64,000 nt of DNA from positions 17,947 to 81,946 of the forward strand of contig JBAYMJ010000002.1 in NCBI GenBank assembly GCA_041663565.1, written 5' to 3'. A model generated the notes under the pieces. The model saw nothing but the letters and a program-made list of their open reading frames with translations. It was not told where the DNA came from and searched no databases. This DNA is from Candidatus Micrarchaeia archaeon. Its GTDB lineage: Archaea; Micrarchaeota; Micrarchaeia; Norongarragalinales; CAINOH01. Shown piece by piece: positions 55,935 through 64,000 of this stretch. The position numbers were made by a program, and so were the translations under genes. Every line of letters begins with the position of its first letter. Position 1 is the stretch's first letter.

Positions 55935-56257
55935 GCCTTTTTCACCGCCGTTGCCTTTCCCACCATGCGCCTTTTTCCGCACGAGCCGCACACCCTGTAG
56001 GCCTTTCCGGATATCACGCGCACCTTGTGCGTTTCGCCCTGCCTGCAGAAGATTTGGTTGCAGTGCTTGCAGAATGATGCGACGCCGACCTTGAGCCTGT
56101 GGCGCATCGCAATCTTTCGCGCAAGCTGGACGTAACGTGTTGAAAGCTTCGGCTCTCCTGCAGAGTACATCTCCCCTGCAAGGGAGAGCAGGACCGCTAT
56201 CCGCTTCCTTGCGGCCTGGTCCTCGAACGACGACTGTGATGCGGCTTTCCGTTTCAT
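55931..56257 (-). CDS. rpr2: RNase P protein component 4 (Rpr2/Rpp21)
   Basis: RKRIAVLLSLAGEMY...YVQLARKIAMRHRLK....FCKHCN......RV.....YRVCGSCG: Rpr2 helical region plus zinc ribbon. Confidence 0.85.
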   Translation of the reverse strand: MKRKAASQSSFEDQAARKRIAVLLSLAGEMYSAGEPKLSTRYVQLARKIAMRHRLKVGVASFCKHCNQIFCRQGETHKVRVISGKAYRVCGSCGKRRMVGKATAVKKA

Positions 56258-56308
56258 CGCGTGCACTACCTGCCCACACCTTACGGTTGGAGCATTGAAA
56301 AAAGGGTA

Positions 56309-56422
56309 TGGGCCTGGTGGGATTTGAACCCACGAACTTCCAGTTCGCCTAGAACCATAGTCCCTGAGGGGCTATGGCGTCATATAAGACTGGCACTCTG
56401 GACCAAGCTGAGTTACAGGCCC
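56309..56422 (-). tRNA. tRNA-Ile with anticodon UAU and a 37-nt intron at the canonical 37/38 position
   Basis: GGGCCTG-TA-ACTC-AGCTTGGTCCA-GAGT-G-CCAGT-CTTATA[TGACGCCATAGCCCCTCAGGGACTATGGTTCTAGGCG]A-ACTGG-AAGTTC-GTGGG-TTCAAAT-CCCAC-CAGGCCC-A. The intron holds a CCATAG/CTATGG hairpin. The variable region parses as 6 nt, which is atypical. Confidence 0.62.
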
Positions 56423-56586
56423 TAAAATACGGTGATTTACAATAGTGTTTAGCAACCAATAAAACCCGATTAGAAGGCCTGCCCGGCCGTTGCAGGGGCG
56501 ACCTGCCCCTTGCAGTCACGGCGGCGCCGGGTGCTTGCGGAAAGGCCCTTCGTCAGGTTTATTACCAGCCGATTCTTCTACAATTT

Positions 56587-57156
56587 ATGACATTGCTTAA
56601 CAGGAAGGCTGGGGAACTTGCAATCAAGGACGCGTTCACGTTCGCAAGCGTCGCGTTCGGAATACTCGCAATAGTGCTGTCGCTTCAGGGAATCGCCTGG
56701 GCGCCAGGCCTCATCGTGCTTGCGATAATCGCCGACTTCCTCGATGGAAAGGTCGCGCGCTGGACCAAGCAGAACAACGACTTCGGCCTGCAGCTCGACT
56801 CGCTTGCGGACGCAATCTCGTTCGGTGCAGTTCCCGCGGTGATGGGAATGCTCCTTTCCGGCGCAATCTTTGACGCGGTCACCGTCGCGTGCGCGGTATT
56901 CTTCGCAATCTGCATCGTGATGCGGCTTGCCTGGTTCAACCTGCAGGACCCCAAGGCTGAGAAGGGAGTCTACTACGGCCTGCCCAGCCCGCTTGCCGCG
57001 CTCTTTGCGGTGTTCGTGCCTTGGTACTTCGGATGGGGGGCCGCGGCAACTGCCGCATCGTTCCTCGTGTTTGGGGTGCTTGCAATAGCCGGGTTCAAGA
57101 CAAGCAAGAAGGCGCTCAAGGCAATGCTCGGGCCCCTTGGGATAATCTTTTCGTAG
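56587..57156 (+). CDS. CDP-alcohol phosphatidyltransferase (archaetidylserine synthase-like)
   Basis: DFLDGKVARWTKQNNDFGLQLDSLADAISFG equals the D(x)2DG(x)2AR(x)8G(x)3D(x)3D motif. Small 189-aa PssA-like size. Confidence 0.8.
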   Translation: MTLLNRKAGELAIKDAFTFASVAFGILAIVLSLQGIAWAPGLIVLAIIADFLDGKVARWTKQNNDFGLQLDSLADAISFGAVPAVMGMLLSGAIFDAVTVACAVFFAICIVMRLAWFNLQDPKAEKGVYYGLPSPLAALFAVFVPWYFGWGAAATAASFLVFGVLAIAGFKTSKKALKAMLGPLGIIFS

Positions 57157-57196
57157 CGAGCTGACACTGTCCTTGCAGAAGCCGAAAAAGGAAAAA

Positions 57197-57535
57197 ATGG
57201 CCGTCCGGCACCTCGGCGAGGTTGCGCAGGAGGACGCGCACGGCGGGTCGGGAAAACGCCGGATGGTCTTCCGAAATTCCGATGCGCCAAAAAGCAGGCT
57301 CGAAGCAGTCTCCGTAGGCTACCTGCCAAAAGGCGGGACGTTCGAATGGCACAGGCACGATGGCATTGACGAAATAATCGCAATCATGCGCGGAAAGGCA
57401 ACAGTCAAGTCGGGAGGCAGGACGTTTCCAGTCAAGGCCGGCGACTTCCTGCTGGTGCCGTCGGCCACGATGCACAAAATCATAAACACCGGGCCGAAAA
57501 AAATGCAGGCCCTGTTCGTGCGCGTTTACAGGTAA
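57197..57535 (+). CDS. Cupin domain protein
   Basis: GTFEWHRHDGIDEIIAIMRG...AGDFLLVPSATMHKIINTG (cupin motifs 1 and 2). Confidence 0.75.
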   Translation: MAVRHLGEVAQEDAHGGSGKRRMVFRNSDAPKSRLEAVSVGYLPKGGTFEWHRHDGIDEIIAIMRGKATVKSGGRTFPVKAGDFLLVPSATMHKIINTGPKKMQALFVRVYR

Positions 57536-57605
57536 TCGGCCGCTTTTTCTTGCTTTGCGTCGCAAAATACTATGCGAACACATTTAGCATTCTCGTGGAA
57601 TCTCA

Positions 57606-58925
57606 ATGGACCTGGGCCAGGGCATACGAAAGGCGCTTGCACGCATCACGGGAGCTGCGCTTGTAGATGAGAAGGCGGTAAGGGAGTTCAGCAAGGACCT
57701 CCAGCGCGTGCTCATCACAAACGACGTCGAAGTAAGACTGGTCTCGACGCTGTGCAAGAAAATCGAGGAGCGCATACTCAACGAGAAGATACCCGCAGGC
57801 TCAAGCATCAGGGAACACGCAACCCGGGTCGTTTACGAGGAGCTCTGCAACCTCATGGGCGGAGAAGCGTACGTCCCGACTGTACAGAAGAAGAAAATCC
57901 TTCTCCTCGGGCTGTTCGGCTCCGGAAAGACCACCACTGTTGCCAAGCTTGCGAAGCTCTACCAGTCCAAGGGCCTGAAAGTCGCCGCAATCGCTGGCGA
58001 CGTGCACCGTCCGGCTGCAATTGACCAGCTTGAACAAGTCTGCAAGTCGGTGAACGCGGGATTCTATGCCGAGCGCGGGCACAAGGACGCCGCAAGCATT
58101 GCACGCAAGGGAGCCGAGGCGCTTTCGCCGCACTATGACGTCATAATAATGGACACCGCTGGACGCTCGGCTTTCGACGACGAGCTTGCGACCGAGCTCA
58201 AGCAGATTGACGAAACCATCAAGGCTGACGAGAAGTTCCTCGTAATAAGCGCGGACATAGGACAGGTCGCTGCAAAGCAGGCGAGGCAGTTCGACGAGGC
58301 AGTGGGGCTCACTGGAGTAATAATCACCAAGATGGACGGCAGCGGAAAGGGAGGCGGCGCGCTCTCGGCGGTTGCCGCGTCAAAGGCCGCAAAGATTGCA
58401 TTCATAGCATCGGGCGAGAAGCCCGAAGCGTTCGAGGCGTTCGACGCCAAGAAGTTCGTCGCCCGGCTGTGCGGCTTCCCCGACCTGGAGGCGCTCCTTT
58501 CCAAGGCAAAGGAGATGTCAACCGAGGAGAACCTGCAGAAGGCGATGGAGGACGGCAAGCTCGACTATGAGACGTTCCTTGCACAGAGGAAGGCGATGAA
58601 GAAGATGGGTCCGCTCAAGCAAATCATGCAGATGGTGGGCGCCTACGACCTGCCGGAAGAGATGGTGGGAAAAAGCGAGGAGAAGATGAAGTCATTCGAG
58701 TCTGCCATAAACTCGATGACCCCAGCTGAGCGCAAGGACCCCAAGCTGATGAAGATTCGCACGCGCCAGGAGCGCATCGCCAAGGGCTCGGGCCAGAAGA
58801 TGGACGACGTCCGCGAGATGGTTGAAAACTTCGAACGCGTGCAGAAGATGATAAAGGGAATGCGCGGCAACCGCGGGTTCCTCAAGGGGCTTTCGAAGAT
58901 GATGCCGGGCGCAGGGATGAGATGA
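57606..58925 (+). CDS. srp54: Signal recognition particle protein SRP54
   Basis: N domain, G domain LLGLFGSGKTTTVAKLA, DTAGR and TKMDG, then a Met-rich M domain (MGPLKQIMQMVG). Confidence 0.95.
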   Translation: MDLGQGIRKALARITGAALVDEKAVREFSKDLQRVLITNDVEVRLVSTLCKKIEERILNEKIPAGSSIREHATRVVYEELCNLMGGEAYVPTVQKKKILLLGLFGSGKTTTVAKLAKLYQSKGLKVAAIAGDVHRPAAIDQLEQVCKSVNAGFYAERGHKDAASIARKGAEALSPHYDVIIMDTAGRSAFDDELATELKQIDETIKADEKFLVISADIGQVAAKQARQFDEAVGLTGVIITKMDGSGKGGGALSAVAASKAAKIAFIASGEKPEAFEAFDAKKFVARLCGFPDLEALLSKAKEMSTEENLQKAMEDGKLDYETFLAQRKAMKKMGPLKQIMQMVGAYDLPEEMVGKSEEKMKSFESAINSMTPAERKDPKLMKIRTRQERIAKGSGQKMDDVREMVENFERVQKMIKGMRGNRGFLKGLSKMMPGAGMR

Positions 58926-59236
58926 TGCCTGCGCACGCTGAAAACAAAAGCCTCGCCAAGATGCGTTATTTCGTGGAAAGCTGCGTCACGTGCAAAGATG
59001 TGGGGGTTCCGGAAACCGAAGGCCACGTAGTCCAGTTGGTGGAAGAACGCGGCGGGGAAAAAATCAAAAGAATGTATTACTCTCTTGAACGCTACGAGAA
59101 ATATACGTCATTCGAAGAGCCGCCGGAGACAATGAACCCGATTCCACTCATTCACTGCAATAAGGACTATAAAACAATCCGGAATTTCCTGCTGGAACGG
59201 AAAGCCGCAAAGGGAGCCGAAGGCCGCACAGAATAA
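58922..59236 (+). CDS. Hypothetical protein (104 aa)
   Basis: ATGA overlap with srp54. Contains one CxxC pair. No family recognised. Confidence 0.4.
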   Translation: MMPAHAENKSLAKMRYFVESCVTCKDVGVPETEGHVVQLVEERGGEKIKRMYYSLERYEKYTSFEEPPETMNPIPLIHCNKDYKTIRNFLLERKAAKGAEGRTE

Positions 59237-59245
59237 AACCCCCGC

Positions 59246-60172
59246 TTGCTAATTATTGCGGTGTCCATACAGTTGAACTTCGAGCTCATCCGCATCGCAG
59301 CCGCCCTGCTTGGAACGGGCGCCGCGGCATACCAGGACGCGAAGACCAGCTTCATCGACGACAAGCTCACGCTGTCGATGATTGCGCTTGGGACTCTTTT
59401 CAATATCCTCATGTTCGACTGGGACTTCGCGCTCTACTCCATCGGAATCACCGCAATCATTTTTGCAATCGGCTACGTGCTCTACCGCGCGGGCCAGCTT
59501 GGCGGGGGAGACGTGCTGCTTTTCTGCGGCCTGCAGGCGCTGCTCCCGTACTACCCTGCAGGCGCGATGGCGCAAATCCTTTCAACCGCGGGGCTTGCGG
59601 CTCAGCAGCAAATCGTCTTCTTCGAGCCCATGCTCCCGTTCTTCGTGTCCATTTACCTTGCGTGCTCGTTTCTGGGGATGGCAATCAGCGGCTACATATA
59701 CGCGTGGAAGCTGTACCAAAAGACCGGATTTCGGAAGCTGCACCCGAACTATCTGATGGGCGGCGCGACGCTTGCCGCAGCATTGTTCATAATCTACTGG
59801 CTTAACTTCGTGTTCGGGGTCGCGAAGGAAAAGACCGCGCTCATCTGCCTGCTCCTTGCGCCGGCGGTGTTCCTTGTAATCTTCAAGAAGGACGTCTCCG
59901 AAAAGGTCGCGCTCAAGTGGGTGGCGCGCAAGGAGTTCGAGGACGAGGACATAATCAGCACCGAGATGCTTCCGGCAAGAATAGTCGAAAAGTACGGCAT
60001 AGACCGCGTGCTGACCGAGTCGCAGCGAAAAATACTGGAAAAAGTCGAGCAACAGGAAGGCATCCACAAGTTCCCGGTGCAGAAGGACCTGCCGAGGTTC
60101 GGGCCGTACATCCTCGTGGGCCTGGTTGTCTGCCTCCTGGTGCCTGACTTGCTGTCGCTGCTCTTTTATTAG
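59246..60172 (+). CDS. A24-family aspartic prepilin/preflagellin peptidase (PibD/FlaK/EppA-like) with a C-terminal extension
   Basis: Two catalytic Asp contexts, AAYQDAKTSFIDDKL and QLGGGDVLLFCGL, in a polytopic protein. TTG start; GTG 59261 is also possible. Confidence 0.8.
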   Translation: MLIIAVSIQLNFELIRIAAALLGTGAAAYQDAKTSFIDDKLTLSMIALGTLFNILMFDWDFALYSIGITAIIFAIGYVLYRAGQLGGGDVLLFCGLQALLPYYPAGAMAQILSTAGLAAQQQIVFFEPMLPFFVSIYLACSFLGMAISGYIYAWKLYQKTGFRKLHPNYLMGGATLAAALFIIYWLNFVFGVAKEKTALICLLLAPAVFLVIFKKDVSEKVALKWVARKEFEDEDIISTEMLPARIVEKYGIDRVLTESQRKILEKVEQQEGIHKFPVQKDLPRFGPYILVGLVVCLLVPDLLSLLFY

Positions 60173-60196
60173 ATTTCCCGGCCACTAATACTACCT

Positions 60197-61648
60197 ATGG
60201 CACAAAGCGATTTCCCCTACTTGTCAGCCGAGACCACCGAGGACATAGAGATACCAAGGAACCCCTTGGAGCAGGTCATCGGCCAGGACGAGGCGGTGAA
60301 GTACTGCAAGATTGCCGCGCTCCAGCGAAGGCACGTGCTGATGGTCGGCCCGCCGGGCACCGGCAAGTCGATGCTCGCGCAGGCCACCGCGTACTGCCTC
60401 CCGAAGCCGGAGCACGAAATCAGCGTATTGCACAATCCCGAGAACCCCGAACGTCCGATTATAGAGATTCTTTCAAGGGAGCAGATACTCCGCGAGAAGA
60501 AGCTTGCAAAGCAGCTTGAGGGAAAGCTCGTTGACGCGCGCGAAGTGCCCTCGTTTGTAGCCGAGCGCCTCGGGTACAGGTGCAGGCGTTGCGGGAAACT
60601 CTCGCGGCCGCAGGACGGTGCATGCCCCTCGTGCGGCATGGACAAGTACGCGACCGAAAGCTCGCCATTCGGCGACCTGCTGTTCCCGCACGTGCCAACC
60701 GGCCAGAAGGCGCGCGTGCACACCACCCGCGCGACCGAGGACGGCCGCGAGGAAATCATAGTCTACGAGGGCGCGGGGGACAAAATCCGCGTGATGGACC
60801 AGGTGTCGCTCGAGAAGCTGGACACGCAGAAGAAGAAGGCGCCAAGAAAGACCATCATCCCACTTTCCCGCAAGAACTTCATAGTCGCAACCGGAGCCTC
60901 GGAGACCGAACTGCTTGGTGACGTGCGCCACGACCCGTACGGCGGTCACGCGCAAATCGGCACCCCGCCGTACACGCGGGTAGTCGCAGGCGCGATACAC
61001 GAGGCGCACGAGGGCGTGCTCTTCATCGACGAGATTTCCTCGCTCCACAACATCCAGCGCTTCCTTCTCACCGCGATGCAGGAAAAGAAGTACCCCATAG
61101 TCGGAAGGAACCCGCAGTCAAGCGGCGCGTCCGTTCGGGTTGACGACGTTCCCTGCGACTTCGTGCTTATGGGCGCATCCAACATCAATGATATTCCATA
61201 CATCCTACCGCCGCTCCGCTCGCGCATCATCGGCAACGGCTACGAGCTCTTGCTGCAGACCACGATGCCCGACACTCCCGCGAACTGCCAGAAGCTCGCC
61301 CAGTTCGTCGCGCAGGAAATCAAGAAGGACGGCAAGATACCGGCGGCGACGCTTGCCGCAGTCGAGGCGGTAATCCAGGAAGCGCGGAGGCGCGCGAAGA
61401 AAGTCGACACCACCGATGACGCGCTCACCCTTCGCCTGCGCGAGCTTTCGGGAGTGGTCAGGCTTGCAGGCGACCTTGCAGTTACCGAGAACGCGCCGCT
61501 CATCGACGAGGGCATGATTGCGCGCTCAATCATACGCAGCAAGAACATCGAGGAGCAGCTCTCGGAGCGCTACGGCTCGGTGTGGAACGCCAACAGGTCC
61601 GAGGTAATCCAGACGGAGACGCGCAAGGACCACAAGGAGATACGCTGA
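60197..61648 (+). CDS. LonB-like AAA+ ATPase lacking the protease domain, with a zinc ribbon where LonB has its membrane anchor
   Basis: TTEDIEIPRNPLEQVIGQDEAVKY..., MVGPPGTGKSMLAQA, LLGDVRHDPYGG..GTPPYTRVVAGAIHEAHEGVLFIDEI are LonB-type motifs. CRRCG...CPSCG lies between Walker A and B. The protein ends after the AAA lid, and a terminator hairpin follows. Confidence 0.72.
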   Translation: MAQSDFPYLSAETTEDIEIPRNPLEQVIGQDEAVKYCKIAALQRRHVLMVGPPGTGKSMLAQATAYCLPKPEHEISVLHNPENPERPIIEILSREQILREKKLAKQLEGKLVDAREVPSFVAERLGYRCRRCGKLSRPQDGACPSCGMDKYATESSPFGDLLFPHVPTGQKARVHTTRATEDGREEIIVYEGAGDKIRVMDQVSLEKLDTQKKKAPRKTIIPLSRKNFIVATGASETELLGDVRHDPYGGHAQIGTPPYTRVVAGAIHEAHEGVLFIDEISSLHNIQRFLLTAMQEKKYPIVGRNPQSSGASVRVDDVPCDFVLMGASNINDIPYILPPLRSRIIGNGYELLLQTTMPDTPANCQKLAQFVAQEIKKDGKIPAATLAAVEAVIQEARRRAKKVDTTDDALTLRLRELSGVVRLAGDLAVTENAPLIDEGMIARSIIRSKNIEEQLSERYGSVWNANRSEVIQTETRKDHKEIR

Positions 61649-61666
61649 TTATAAAAAATAATGGAG

Positions 61667-61686
61667 AGGGCGCCGCGCGCCCTTTT
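61667..61686. terminator. Hairpin plus T-run between convergent genes
   Basis: AGGGCGC-cgc-GCGCCCT followed by TTTT. Confidence 0.5.
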
Positions 61687-61720
61687 CACACGACATTCGT
61701 GCGCTACCAACAACAGCCCA

Positions 61721-63007
61721 CTACTCTGCGGGGCAGTTGTACGCGACCTTGATTAGGTACGAGTTCAGGACGTTGTTGCTTGCGTCCAGGAAAGTCACGT
61801 CCGTGAACGCGGTCGGCAGGTACGTGTTGATGGTCGAACAGGAGCTCCCGACCGACTTGGTGGTTATGGTGGCGTCCTTGATGCAGTTCCTGCTCGTCGG
61901 GTCGTAAATGGGGTGGTCGGTCGCGCAATAGATGCAGGTGTTCTCGGCGGTGTTGTACTGTATGAACGTCTCGCCCGAGCCGGCTGCGTTGCAGCGCGTG
62001 GTCGCATAGCAGACGTGGTTCGTGGAGTCGTATGACGGGTAGCCTGCGTGGTTGCAGCTATAGCAGTAAGTGCCGTCATCGCTATACCCGTTCAGGCAGC
62101 AGTACGAGCCCGAAGATGCACAGTACATGCCGCTAGAGGTGCAATAATAGTAATTCGAATTATAGTTATACAGCCCGCAAGTCACCCCGGAACTGGTCGA
62201 CGTGGTAATCGAATAGTGCCCGGTGACATTGTTGCTGGGGTCGTTGTTGGCCGCCCTGGTGACCCTCGCAACCGGGTCAGCTCCGATTACCATCTTTGCT
62301 GGCGGGCTGTAGCACGCGGTAATCTTCACCCCGCATCCGGATTTCGGAAGCGAGATTGGTATGGTGTTGAAGGCATAATTGACAATCGGCGAACTGTAGT
62401 CGATGACTCCCTGCAGGGGCATGCCGACATTCAGGGTCGAGTTGAAGAGCACGGTGGTGTTTCCGCCCGAACTTCCCGCTGCATCCACGTACGCCTTGTT
62501 CGCCGCGTCGGTGTCGTTGATTGGCGCGGCGAGGCCCGTCAGGACGTTGCCGGAAGCGTTGACCGTGTTGTTGAACCTGGTGACGCCCGAAACGTACACG
62601 TCATTGCCGAAAGTCGCGTTGCCTACCACGTTCAGTCCGCGCGAAATGTTGGCCGCCCCGCCTATGATCGCGTCGCCATCGACGTTCAGACCGCCTGAAA
62701 GGTTCGTTGCGCCGCCGACCTTCACGCCGCCGTTGACCTCGAGCTTGGCCTGCGGGTCGGTTGTCCCTATGCCCACGTTTCCGGGCACGCCGGAGTACTG
62801 GTTGCTTCCGACGATTATCCAGTCGCCGTCATCGGCGCCGGTCCCGCTTGAGAGGTAGTTTTGCAGGCGGGTGGAATATTCGGACGAAATCACCGACTCG
62901 GACGCCGAGTTTAGGTTGGCGTTCACGACCACCATCACTATTGCCGAAAGCAGCACGCCCCCGGCTATCAACAACAAATATTCCAAAGCAGTCTGTCCAC
63001 GCGACAC
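61721..63007 (-). CDS. Class III signal peptide (pilin-like) protein fused to a tail-fibre-like stalk and a Cys/Tyr-rich head
   Basis: GTG start; [47 protein letters not shown] is the same stalk motif as the FReD paralogs. LTGLAAPINDTDAANKAYVD follows, and the C-terminal region is rich in Cys and Tyr. Confidence 0.8.
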   Translation of the reverse strand: MSRGQTALEYLLLIAGGVLLSAIVMVVVNANLNSASESVISSEYSTRLQNYLSSGTGADDGDWIIVGSNQYSGVPGNVGIGTTDPQAKLEVNGGVKVGGATNLSGGLNVDGDAIIGGAANISRGLNVVGNATFGNDVYVSGVTRFNNTVNASGNVLTGLAAPINDTDAANKAYVDAAGSSGGNTTVLFNSTLNVGMPLQGVIDYSSPIVNYAFNTIPISLPKSGCGVKITACYSPPAKMVIGADPVARVTRAANNDPSNNVTGHYSITTSTSSGVTCGLYNYNSNYYYCTSSGMYCASSGSYCCLNGYSDDGTYCYSCNHAGYPSYDSTNHVCYATTRCNAAGSGETFIQYNTAENTCIYCATDHPIYDPTSRNCIKDATITTKSVGSSCSTINTYLPTAFTDVTFLDASNNVLNSYLIKVAYNCPAE

Positions 63008-63108
63008 GGCAATCTACCCCGAATAGGACAACGCGGGATGAAATAAAAAGAAGGCTGTGGGTTCCGAAATCAAGGAAAACAAAAAAGGAAAAAGAATGAA
63101 AAGGAAAA

Positions 63109-63663
63109 TCAGCGCCTGTACGCCGGCCTCTTTGCGGCCGCGCTCTTTGCTGCCGCCTCGCGCGCCAGCTTCTCGCGGTGCGCCCTGACGGCCTCGACTA
63201 TGGCCTGCCTGTGGCGCTCGGGAACCGTCTGCGTGTCCTCCTCTACCGGGAACACGAACTTGCCCGCCTGGTAAAGCATCAATGCGAAGACAAGGAGCCC
63301 CAGCCAGAGCATGAAGTCGGCGGTCGGGTTGAGGAGCACGCCTATTAGGTCCTGCATCGAGAACGCGGCGGGGCTCGAAGGATATGCCGTCGCGCCCATC
63401 GTCCAGCCGAAGAACTGCGATATGAGCGCGGGGTTGACCTCGGCAGCGCGCACCTTCTCCATGGTGAGGAAGATGTTGTACGCCGCCTGCATCACCTTGA
63501 GCATGAAGGTGACTATCAAAAACGAGCCTGCGAGCTTGAGAAGGTGGAACTTCGTGTCGCCTACCTTGAACCACATCATCCTGCGCATATGAAACACATC
63601 CCCCGGCTGCCCAAATGACTGCCATCTGGCGCCCGGACTACGGAAGCGATTACTTTTTGGCAC
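63109..63663 (-). CDS. Membrane protein with a basic C-terminal tail, unknown function
   Basis: Three hydrophobic segments. Start ambiguous: ATG 63663 or the internal MRRMMW. Confidence 0.45.
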   Translation of the reverse strand: MPKSNRFRSPGARWQSFGQPGDVFHMRRMMWFKVGDTKFHLLKLAGSFLIVTFMLKVMQAAYNIFLTMEKVRAAEVNPALISQFFGWTMGATAYPSSPAAFSMQDLIGVLLNPTADFMLWLGLLVFALMLYQAGKFVFPVEEDTQTVPERHRQAIVEAVRAHREKLAREAAAKSAAAKRPAYRR

Positions 63664-63769
63664 AATTTAAGCCTTTGTCAGCCGGGGGAAAGGGGTGGGA
63701 AAGGCCCGGGAAAGGAAGGCTTAAATACCACTTTGACAATATGTTACTACATACAAAGAGTGACAAATA

Positions 63770-64000
63770 ATGAGGACTTACGAATCCGCTTTGGACATCA
63801 TCTTCGTCACCATCGACTTCATAGTGGGAGCGCTCACGATACCCCTACGCTGGTTCACCAAGGGCATCCCCGGGCTGTCGCTGAACGCCGAGCTGGTATT
63901 CGGCAAGTTTTTTGGAAGCGCCATAGAATACACCAAGTCAGACTCCTGGGGAGTCTGGTTCTGGGTAATGCTTTTGGGCCTGGTCCTAGTATACCTGTAG
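63770..64000 (+). CDS. Small membrane protein (76 aa)
   Basis: Two hydrophobic helices. The stop codon coincides with the window end. Confidence 0.4.
   Translation: MRTYESALDIIFVTIDFIVGALTIPLRWFTKGIPGLSLNAELVFGKFFGSAIEYTKSDSWGVWFWVMLLGLVLVYL

Noticed and set aside
55935-56333. Upstream extension of the 691-aa minus-strand ORF 54258..56333
   Set aside because: The extension runs through rpr2 in another frame and into the tRNA-Ile gene. The signal peptide of the real protein begins right after the rpr2 stop.

Overview
This is a GC-rich, tightly packed archaeal chromosome segment with about 80 supportable features. Archaeal identity rests on RFC small and large subunits, an archaeal histone, L21e-RpoF-DUF655, Rpr2, Pth2, SRP54, Trm5, CDC48, a LonB-like ATPase, DUF63, intron-containing tRNAs, an unlinked 5S rRNA and many apparently leaderless genes. 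Thin metabolism combined with a heavy investment in surface proteins suggests a small-genome, possibly host-attached (DPANN-like) archaeon, but that lineage call is inference only. The standout is a surface/adhesion locus at about 14.7-24.5 kb. It holds four tandem Sec-secreted proteins with a conserved leader, a GNVGIGTT stalk motif that I recall from phage tail fibres, and C-terminal heads carrying the fibrinogen-related domain (FReD) signature. These are bracketed by class III signal peptide (archaeal type IV pilin-like) proteins with Cys-rich heads. The paralogs share near-identical nucleotide cassettes around divergent heads. Elsewhere the window contains a six-gene pilin-like operon with overlapping stop/start junctions (36.1-38.5 kb), further pilin-like genes, and one A24 prepilin peptidase, but no pilus ATPase or platform gene. 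Two pilin-like ORFs are shorter than 60 aa and are missing from the supplied ORF track. Other notable items: a 592-aa LAGLIDADG intein in CDC48, an operon of five small paralogous membrane proteins, and a folate-salvage/C1 gene cluster. The window also holds two intron-bearing tRNAs (Gly with an insertion in the D-loop, and Ile with anticodon UAU), a LonB-like ATPase lacking a protease domain, an ArsR-thioredoxin-permease-DsbD-like operon with a palindromic operator, a 35-aa Cys/Lys microprotein, two AT-rich compositional islands and two structured GC-rich intergenic elements. No CRISPR array, transposase or recognisable defence system was seen.
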